From the IMG/VR virus record IMGVR_UViG_3300037590_000079, positions 45,662 to 109,661 of that record: a stretch of DNA of 64,000 bases. The stretch is one strand, 5' to 3'. This DNA is from a virus. Lineage: Duplodnaviria > Caudoviricetes. Below the pieces are notes generated by a model. That model was not told where the DNA came from and made no database searches. It saw nothing but the letters and a program-made list of their open reading frames with translations. How positions within the stretch are numbered: the first letter of the stretch is position 1; each line of letters opens with the position of its first letter. Positions 57,590 through 64,000 of this stretch are shown piece by piece. A program made the position numbers and the translations under genes.

Positions 57590-58812
57590 GGGGGTTGGCG
57601 CAGAAGCTGATGGGGCTGCAACAGCCCGCGGGCGATCCAGTCGATACGTCACAGATCATGTATCTGGGCGGCACCTCGACGGCGGCGAACGGCACTACGC
57701 CGATCTCCGTCGATCTGACGGGCTTCGGCCTTCAGGAGGGCGATCTGGTTGTCGTCGGTGTGAACCTCGCCAACAACGATGTTCGCGAGCCGGTCATAAA
57801 CTCGGCGGGTTACACGACGGTTGTTTCGCTGCACGGAGAGGCTTCATACGAGACCAACCTTCTCGTCGCCTACAAGGAGATGGGATCGAACCCCGACACC
57901 AGCGTCGAGATCGCCGGTGCCGGGCGCGTTTTAGAGTCGCAGGCGGCCGTGGTGAGGGTGTATCGTTACACGCACCCTTTTGTTTTCAGGTCGAACCCGC
58001 CCACCGTCACGTTTTCGGGCAGCCACACCGCAGATCCTCCGGTGATATCGCCGCTGCAACAGGGATCCGCTATTCTGGTGTTCGGGGCGACCGCCCATGT
58101 TCGCGGCGTGGAAACATACTCCTCCACCGACCTCGACGACTTCGAGACGGCGGGTGAGAACTCGAACTACGATGCGACCATCGGCTCCGGCCACATCATG
58201 GACTGGCAATCGGGCGACGTTGACCCGGCTCCCTTCGTTTTTTCCGACACCACAGACAGCAATTCGTATTCCTACGCCGCAGTGACCCTCGAACTGTTCC
58301 CGCCGGAAGCCGCTGTCACCGAAAACACGGGCTGGCTGAGGTTCGACACGGCGACGCAGTCGGGGAGCGGCGCGGACTGGACGGATGCAATCGAGGCTCT
58401 TGATGACACCGACGAGGCGTATGCACAGGTGAGCGCAGGCAACGTGAGCAAGGCTCTGGTCGCGAAAGGCGTTACCCACTCCATTCCTTCTTCCGCGAGC
58501 GTGACCGGCATCGAGTTTTCGATGAAGCACAGGGATAACGGCGGGAATATCACCGAGGAAGAGCTCAGGCTGGTGGTGGACGGCACCGCTTCCGGCACCG
58601 ACAAGGCCACCGGCGTGACGTGGCGGAATACGGTTGAGAGTGCATCACCCGAGAAGGTCTTCGGCGGCGATGCTGATACATGGGGCCTGTCATTGTCGCC
58701 GTCCGATATCGACGCTGACTTTGGCGTCTCGTTGATCGTGACAAACACGGGCTCGAAGGATCGCACAGGGCGCGTTCGTGACTTCAAGATCAGAATTCAC
58801 TACACGGGGTAG
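57586..58812 (+). CDS. Putative receptor-binding / fibre tip protein
   Basis: Beta-rich two-domain protein (GDLVVV...; IPSSASVTGIE...GG..DTWGL). Confidence 0.7.
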   Translation: MRGLAQKLMGLQQPAGDPVDTSQIMYLGGTSTAANGTTPISVDLTGFGLQEGDLVVVGVNLANNDVREPVINSAGYTTVVSLHGEASYETNLLVAYKEMGSNPDTSVEIAGAGRVLESQAAVVRVYRYTHPFVFRSNPPTVTFSGSHTADPPVISPLQQGSAILVFGATAHVRGVETYSSTDLDDFETAGENSNYDATIGSGHIMDWQSGDVDPAPFVFSDTTDSNSYSYAAVTLELFPPEAAVTENTGWLRFDTATQSGSGADWTDAIEALDDTDEAYAQVSAGNVSKALVAKGVTHSIPSSASVTGIEFSMKHRDNGGNITEEELRLVVDGTASGTDKATGVTWRNTVESASPEKVFGGDADTWGLSLSPSDIDADFGVSLIVTNTGSKDRTGRVRDFKIRIHYTG

Positions 58813-58818
58813 GTAACG

Positions 58819-59196
58819 ATGATCACCGTAAAAACGTCCGTTCAGTCGTATCTCGATGCGGCAAAGCGGCAGTCACCCGATATTCCCGATGATTGCCCGT
58901 CTTTCGAGTGGGTGCGTGCGAATTTCGATCCGAACACGCAGCTCGGCGAGGTTCTGGCCGCCCTCGCGTCGGCCCCGTCCGAAATTCGCTTCGAGGCGGC
59001 GACTTTCGCCTTCAAGTTCATGCTCACGGAGATTGATCTCGACGTCCGCGAGCACTTTGGCTTCATCGTCGTCACTAGCCCGTCTTCACTCGTTCGCAGG
59101 CTCGCGTGGTCGAGGCTGCAAAGAGCGTCAGATGCGGGTGGAGCCGAATTGTCTCAGGAAGAAAAGAGCGCCTTTGCGCAGGCATTGAGAGGATAA
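58819..59196 (+). CDS. Hypothetical protein
   Basis: Operonic within the fibre module. Confidence 0.55.
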   Translation: MITVKTSVQSYLDAAKRQSPDIPDDCPSFEWVRANFDPNTQLGEVLAALASAPSEIRFEAATFAFKFMLTEIDLDVREHFGFIVVTSPSSLVRRLAWSRLQRASDAGGAELSQEEKSAFAQALRG

Positions 59197-59199
59197 TCG

Positions 59200-59796
59200 A
59201 TGTATATCACAGTTGCGAACGGGGTTCCGAAAAAGACCACTATCAACGATCTCAGGAAGCAAAATCCTGACGTCAGCTTTCCCCGGAACCCCTCACGCGA
59301 GCTTCTTGAAGAACACGGGGTCTATCTGGTCGAAACCGACGACCGGCCGGAATACGACCGCGACAGGGAAAGCGTGAGGCTTTCCGACCCCAAGCTAATT
59401 GATGGTGTCTGGCGTCGCGTCTGGACCGTCGAAAGTGTGAATATCGAAGACCGCCGCTCGAAGATGCTGCAAATGGTTCGCGATCTCTACTCCGACGCCA
59501 TGCGCCCGATCAGCGCGGCCTATCCGCCCGAGGAGCGCGAGGGGTGGCCCGAGCAGATCGCGGCGGCGCAGGAGGTTCTGGCGGGCGGCCAGAACGCCCT
59601 GATCGACGCGCTCCGCGCGGGGACGGGCGAGACCGCCGAGGCGATGGCGCAGACGATCATCGCCAAGCGCGAGCAATTCCTGACGCTTTACGGGCAGGTA
59701 ACGAACGCACGCCGGGTCGCGGACAGTGCCGTTGCATCGGCCACGAGCCACGACGAGCTGGACCAGATCGATCTCGGCGCGATTTTCGGCTCGTAA
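59200..59796 (+). CDS. Tail fibre assembly chaperone-like protein
   Basis: LR..NP.VSFP ... W.R.WTV; YP.EERE.WP.Q..A ... II.K pattern. Confidence 0.7.
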   Translation: MYITVANGVPKKTTINDLRKQNPDVSFPRNPSRELLEEHGVYLVETDDRPEYDRDRESVRLSDPKLIDGVWRRVWTVESVNIEDRRSKMLQMVRDLYSDAMRPISAAYPPEEREGWPEQIAAAQEVLAGGQNALIDALRAGTGETAEAMAQTIIAKREQFLTLYGQVTNARRVADSAVASATSHDELDQIDLGAIFGS

Positions 59797-59797
59797 G

Positions 59798-60055
59798 CTA
59801 CCGGCCGCGATCCTTCTCGCGCTTCCACGCCTCGAAGCACTCGATCAGAAGATCCTTCATCGACATGCCGTGCAGAACCGCGGACGTCTTGAACTCCGTG
59901 TGCCAGTCGCGCGGCATGTTGAAGGTCATCGGGGCGAGCCGATCGGCATTCATGTTGTCTGCGGCACGGCCTCGGTTAATCGTCTCGGGCATGAACTTGC
60001 GGTTCGATTTCGGCGCCGGGACGTTCGCGCGCGTTTTCTTCTCCGGCTCGCTCAT
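59798..60055 (-). CDS. Ribbon-helix-helix partition protein (ParG-like)
   Basis: Flexible N-terminus then MTFNMPRDWHTEFKTSAVLHGMSMKDLL; coupled to parA. Confidence 0.8.
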   Translation of the reverse strand: MSEPEKKTRANVPAPKSNRKFMPETINRGRAADNMNADRLAPMTFNMPRDWHTEFKTSAVLHGMSMKDLLIECFEAWKREKDRGR

Positions 60056-60699
60056 GCCACTGCCTCCATGCGCTTGTTGACCCGATCGACGATCTCGGCC
60101 GCGAGAATATCCGCGTTTTCCGCGAGCTTGCCCACGTAATCCTCCACCTCCGAGAGCGTCTTGCCGAAGTTCTGTGCGCGCTGGTAGCTGATCCGCGACA
60201 CCAGCTCCTGATCGGCCACGTCGAACCCCTCAAGATAACTCCTGGCCGCGCTCACGGCCGCTGAGCCGTCATCGATCTTGTTGAGCACGAACAGGATCGC
60301 CTCGCGCTGGACGCCCTTCTCCACGAGTTCGTGCGCGAAGGCCAGCTGCGGCTCCAGGTCGTCTATCGCCGTGCCGGTCGGCAGCACGACAAGATCTGAC
60401 ACCCTGGCGATATCCAGGCTGGACTGGTCACTGTCCGGCCGGCCATCCGCGACGACCAGGTCGAAGCGCTCGCGTCGGAGCCTGGTCGGTGCGATATAGG
60501 GCTCGGCCGGGATGATGGGCTCGATCTTCATCGAACGTCGGACCTCGGCCCATTTCTTCGATGTGAGCTGCGTGGTGTTGAAATCGCAGATTTTCACCGT
60601 CCAGCCGGCGACCGCGTAGGTTCGGGCTATGAGCCGCGCAAGCGTGCTCTTTCCGACGCCGCCCTTCTGGGATAGGCACGAAATGATCAGGTCAGCCAT
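60052..60699 (-). CDS. parA: Short (type Ib) ParA partition ATPase
   Basis: SQKGGVGKST deviant Walker A; VVADG; no N-terminal HTH. Confidence 0.92.
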   Translation of the reverse strand: MADLIISCLSQKGGVGKSTLARLIARTYAVAGWTVKICDFNTTQLTSKKWAEVRRSMKIEPIIPAEPYIAPTRLRRERFDLVVADGRPDSDQSSLDIARVSDLVVLPTGTAIDDLEPQLAFAHELVEKGVQREAILFVLNKIDDGSAAVSAARSYLEGFDVADQELVSRISYQRAQNFGKTLSEVEDYVGKLAENADILAAEIVDRVNKRMEAVA

Positions 60700-60709
60700 G
60701 TTTTCCTCG

Positions 60710-60735
60710 GATAGCTATCTCGTTCGGTAGCTATC
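60710..60735. promoter_or_regulatory. Paired (GA)TAGCTATC boxes upstream of parA; candidate parS/operator
   Basis: GATAGCTATC at 60710 and GGTAGCTATC at 60726. Confidence 0.5.
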
Positions 60736-60767
60736 GGGCTACACCATTGAAACCTGATTCGTCCAGA

Positions 60768-61115
60768 TCACGCGGGCTGAAACTGATCCAAGTCGAAAAT
60801 CTCCTCGAACTGCTCCCTGGTCGGAGCGAGCACGGGCCATTTATAGATCAGGGCGTCATCCTGGTGATCCTTATAGACATCGAGATGCTCGGGTTTCGAT
60901 CCGCCACAGATCCTGATCAGCTTGTCCTCGCCATTCTCCCGCCCGAGCTCCATATCGGTCCGGGAGATCATGAGCGATCTCGTCTTGACGAGGATATCGA
61001 TTTTACGGATGTCACCGCCAAGACCGTCCATTACCGCGAGCGAGACGATCTCACCTCCGTTCCAGGGCGTATTCATGTGCCCCACGCACCGATCCTCGAA
61101 CCAGACCTGCATCAC
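60768..61115 (-). CDS. Hypothetical protein
   Basis: Overlaps the stop of the kinase gene. Confidence 0.6.
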   Translation of the reverse strand: MMQVWFEDRCVGHMNTPWNGGEIVSLAVMDGLGGDIRKIDILVKTRSLMISRTDMELGRENGEDKLIRICGGSKPEHLDVYKDHQDDALIYKWPVLAPTREQFEEIFDLDQFQPA

Positions 61116-61675
61116 GCGACCCCCGAATTGCGAATCGACCGAACCAGCTCTTCGAGAAAGTCCAGCCTGTCGCGATCGGTCTCTTCGGGACTCGGCGTGT
61201 TGCGCACCGTCACATCGACCGCTCCGCGCGAATAGCGGTCGAAGGGAAACGGGGAGTTCGGCGTGCCGGGCCGATCGATCTCGACCACAAGCGCGCCCAT
61301 TTCCTTCCAGAAATATCCCTGGTCGTGCCGAACCGACGGTATGACGTAACGCTGACGCGGATCCTGGGCGTTGGCCGACATCTGCGGCACCATGTTGGCG
61401 CCGAACTTCTCCTCGAATGCTTCGCCGATCTCGCCCAGGAGCTGGCGCACGGTGATGGTGCGCCCATTGATGCGGATCTCGCGTTTCTTGCCCGCCTGGG
61501 TGAAGACGTCGCTCTCCGAGCAGCCGAAATAGTCCATCGCAATCGCGCGCAGCGGACCGCCATCATCATGAATCCGATAACCGTGCGCCTCGGCCAGCAG
61601 ATCGGCCGCGAGAGATTTTCCGGAGCCGGGCTTGCCGCAGAGCGCGATCAGACGGGGCAGGGTGCTTTCTTTCAT
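61112..61675 (-). CDS. Deoxynucleoside monophosphate kinase
   Basis: LIALCGKPGSGKS.AA, PLR, TVRQLL..IG, VI..VR. Confidence 0.8.
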   Translation of the reverse strand: MKESTLPRLIALCGKPGSGKSLAADLLAEAHGYRIHDDGGPLRAIAMDYFGCSESDVFTQAGKKREIRINGRTITVRQLLGEIGEAFEEKFGANMVPQMSANAQDPRQRYVIPSVRHDQGYFWKEMGALVVEIDRPGTPNSPFPFDRYSRGAVDVTVRNTPSPEETDRDRLDFLEELVRSIRNSGVA

Positions 61676-61727
61676 GTCTCGATCCCTTATGTCACTACTT
61701 ACTGACATATAGCGGGAATGAACGGGA

Positions 61728-63299
61728 TCATTTCCCGGCGTGATCGAAGATGGACCAATCGAAATCGCGGCCGTCCTCGATCACGCCTTCCGCGAAGCCC
61801 GGTGTCTTCATGATGATGCTCCTGCGCATCTTGGCGTGATCGCTCAGCGTCTTGTTGAGGTAGCAGGTATAGTCCGCGATGAAGGCGAAGTTCGGGAACT
61901 TCTTCTTCTCGCGCAGACCACGCCCGACCCGCTGCCGAAGCGCGACCTGCGCCTTCCCGCCACCGGCGAGCTGCACGAGACCGATCGAGGGCACGTCAAC
62001 GCCGACATCGAGAATGTTGGTGCCGAGAATGACGTCGATCTCGCCGCTGGCAAGCTGCCTGAGCTTTCGCTTGCGGTCCTCCATGTCGTTCTCGCCGCGC
62101 AGGAACGCCGCCCTGAGCCCGGCCGCCTTCATCTCCCTGAGCAGGTTCTCGCCATGCTGCTTGCGAATGACCAGCGTCAGGACGGGCAGCTTGCGCTTCG
62201 CGGCCTGCTGCGCATCGGCAATGATCGCCGCGTGCATGCTCGGGTTCTCGGTATGGCCGAGCTTGAGCGCGCGCTCGTATGGCGAGGATTTGCGCAGCTT
62301 GTCGTGGGGCCGAACGTCGCGAAACTTGAAGAAAGGTCTGGCCAGGATTCCGCGCTCGATCAGCATCTCCTCGGAAACGTTGATCAGGATGGGGCCGAAA
62401 GCGGCCATCAGGCGCATGTTGTCTTCCGCGTCGGCACGCATGAACGGTGTCGCGGTCAGGGCGACGCGGATCGAGGCGTTCTTGCAGTGGCGCAGGATCT
62501 CGTAATAGCTCTCCCCGCCGACCTCGTGGGCTTCCTCACCGATCACGACCTCGATCATGCTCAGGAACTTGATGATGGCGTCCCGCCGGCGCTTCTTGCG
62601 TTCATATTTCGCCTGGGCCTCCTTGACGATCTCGTCGCGCGGCGTGTTCGGATCGCGATCCTTCGAATTGTGGCAGGACTTGACGATGGCGCGAATCTCT
62701 CCGTCGAGCGAAGGCTCCTGGAGCGCCTGCACGAGCGTCTGAACCATACCGAGGTTCACGCCGCGAACCGCGCGCGTCTGGCCGTCGCCGATCACGCCGG
62801 TGTTGAGGTTGATCGCGTCGAGCTGATCCTTCATCTGGTAGAGGAGGATGCCGCGCGTGGTCAGGAACAGCGTCATGCGCCGATAGCGCGTCGCGATGAG
62901 CTTCGCGATCCGGCTCTTGCCGCCACCGGTCGCCACGCGAATGATGCCGCGGCCGTGCTTTTCAACCTGCCGCAGCGCCTTGAGCTGGAAATCGTAACGC
63001 GGATCGGGGTCGAAATCGTCCACCTTCGGCGTCTCCTCGCCAAGCGGTTCGGCATTCGGTTTCGAGATGATTCTGACCTGGTGGCCGATCTTTGAAAGCT
63101 CCGCCTCCACGACATGAACGAAGCCCGCCGGAAAGGTGTTCCTGGTGACGCTGAAGAAGGAGCTTTTTCCGCTCCAGGCCCCGAAACTGTTGGACTTGAT
63201 CTGATAGGAAAGCAGCGAGTTCACGAAGGATGCGACCTTCTCGGGAGGGTCGATCAGCTTCGCGACGACGGGGTTCTTCGCAATCTGCACAACAGCCAT
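61728..63299 (-). CDS. Superfamily 2 DNA helicase
   Basis: YDFQ, ATGGGKS, EEAH, LTATP, LDVGVDVP, QRVGRGLR. Confidence 0.93.
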   Translation of the reverse strand: MAVVQIAKNPVVAKLIDPPEKVASFVNSLLSYQIKSNSFGAWSGKSSFFSVTRNTFPAGFVHVVEAELSKIGHQVRIISKPNAEPLGEETPKVDDFDPDPRYDFQLKALRQVEKHGRGIIRVATGGGKSRIAKLIATRYRRMTLFLTTRGILLYQMKDQLDAINLNTGVIGDGQTRAVRGVNLGMVQTLVQALQEPSLDGEIRAIVKSCHNSKDRDPNTPRDEIVKEAQAKYERKKRRRDAIIKFLSMIEVVIGEEAHEVGGESYYEILRHCKNASIRVALTATPFMRADAEDNMRLMAAFGPILINVSEEMLIERGILARPFFKFRDVRPHDKLRKSSPYERALKLGHTENPSMHAAIIADAQQAAKRKLPVLTLVIRKQHGENLLREMKAAGLRAAFLRGENDMEDRKRKLRQLASGEIDVILGTNILDVGVDVPSIGLVQLAGGGKAQVALRQRVGRGLREKKKFPNFAFIADYTCYLNKTLSDHAKMRRSIIMKTPGFAEGVIEDGRDFDWSIFDHAGK

Positions 63300-63386
63300 G
63301 TTTCAGGTTTTCCCTTGCATTGGTCCGGTGACTTTGAATATATCCTCAGTAACGGCTGACTTAACTGCTACCATTGGACGTGACAA

Positions 63387-64000
63387 ATGCAAGACCCGAA
63401 GATCGAATATCTCAGCGTCAAAGCGGACAGCCTCGTCAAGAACAGCTTCAACCCGAACCAGGTTTCTCCCGAAAACGAATCCAAGATCCGCGAGTCGATC
63501 CGGCGCAACGGTCTCTTCCGGCCGATCATCGTGCGCGAGATCGACACCGGTTACGAGATCATCGGTGGTGAGCATCGCTGGGAGCAGGCGGTCGAGCTGG
63601 GCTACACCGAAATCCCGATCGCGAATCTCGGCCGCGTCAGCGACGCCAAGGCGAAAGAGATCAGCGTGATCGACAATGCCCGTTACGGCATCGACGACAC
63701 GCTTTCGCTGGCCGAGGTGCTCAAGGACATCGGAGGCTCTCAGGATCTGCAAGAATTCCTTCCCTATGGCGAAGCGGATATCGACGCGATCTTTTCTTCT
63801 TCAGATATAGCGCTGGATGATCTGGGAATTGACGAGGATTTCGAGAACTCCGGCGACGAGGATGACCACGCCCCCGTCGAAAAACCTCCCAAGACGCACA
63901 CGATCCTGCGCTTCAAGGTGCCGCTGGCCGACGCGGAACGCATCACCGCGCTCGTTTCGCGCACCCAGAACGAACAGGGCCTGACCGAAGAGGATGGCCT
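63387..64000 (+). CDS. ParB/Srx-like N-terminal domain protein (3'-truncated)
   Basis: NSFNPN ... SIRRNG..RPIIVRE ... YEIIGGEHRW; open to the window end. Confidence 0.85.
   Translation, partial: MQDPKIEYLSVKADSLVKNSFNPNQVSPENESKIRESIRRNGLFRPIIVREIDTGYEIIGGEHRWEQAVELGYTEIPIANLGRVSDAKAKEISVIDNARYGIDDTLSLAEVLKDIGGSQDLQEFLPYGEADIDAIFSSSDIALDDLGIDEDFENSGDEDDHAPVEKPPKTHTILRFKVPLADAERITALVSRTQNEQGLTEEDG

Noticed and set aside
55791-58812. Diversity-generating retroelement acting on the fibre tip
   Set aside because: No reverse transcriptase and no TR/VR repeat pair seen in the window.
63387-64000. ParB-like ORF as the partner of the ParA at 60052
   Set aside because: ParA is already coupled to an RHH gene. 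This ORF is divergent, 2.7 kb away and truncated, so its role cannot be assigned from the window.

Overview
About 64 kb of a GC-rich, large dsDNA phage genome, most likely a temperate phage-plasmid. The gene set resembles SSU5/pHCM2-type elements, and the promoter style and GC content suggest an alphaproteobacterial host (both inferred, not searched). Layout: 1-28 kb carries replication, recombination and nucleotide metabolism genes (5'-truncated DnaE with a C-terminal UDG-like domain, gp32-like SSB, 5'-3' exonuclease, RecA, Mre11/Rad50-like pair, RNase HI, RuvC-like resolvase, class II RNR with glutaredoxin, ThyX, dUTPase, HD hydrolase, rIIA/rIIB, HNH, DnaQ-like exonuclease). 28-44 kb is a dense run of small accessory ORFs. 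44.3-46 kb is non-coding and origin-like. 46-53.3 kb holds isolated single-gene cassettes. These are followed by three tRNAs, an Acb2-like/RyR/HslV-like operon, an isolated fibre module, a ParA + RHH partition pair, a dNMP kinase, an SF2 helicase and a 3'-truncated ParB-like gene. The most striking observation is an ~870-bp island (52434-53304) with no CC or GG dinucleotide. It is bracketed by the inverted 8-mers ATCCCCCT/AGGGGGAT and contains a complete promoter, GG-free RBS, gene and terminator. Its 179-aa product has no Gly, Pro or Trp and appears to be a recoded paralogue of the ordinary gene at 46010. Neighbouring cassettes show a weaker version of the same bias. Two dispersed DNA motifs are also visible: about 20 copies of GTMA-N4-TGAC at promoters, and a GATAGCTATC palindrome family. 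All family assignments come from motif recognition by eye; no database search was run.
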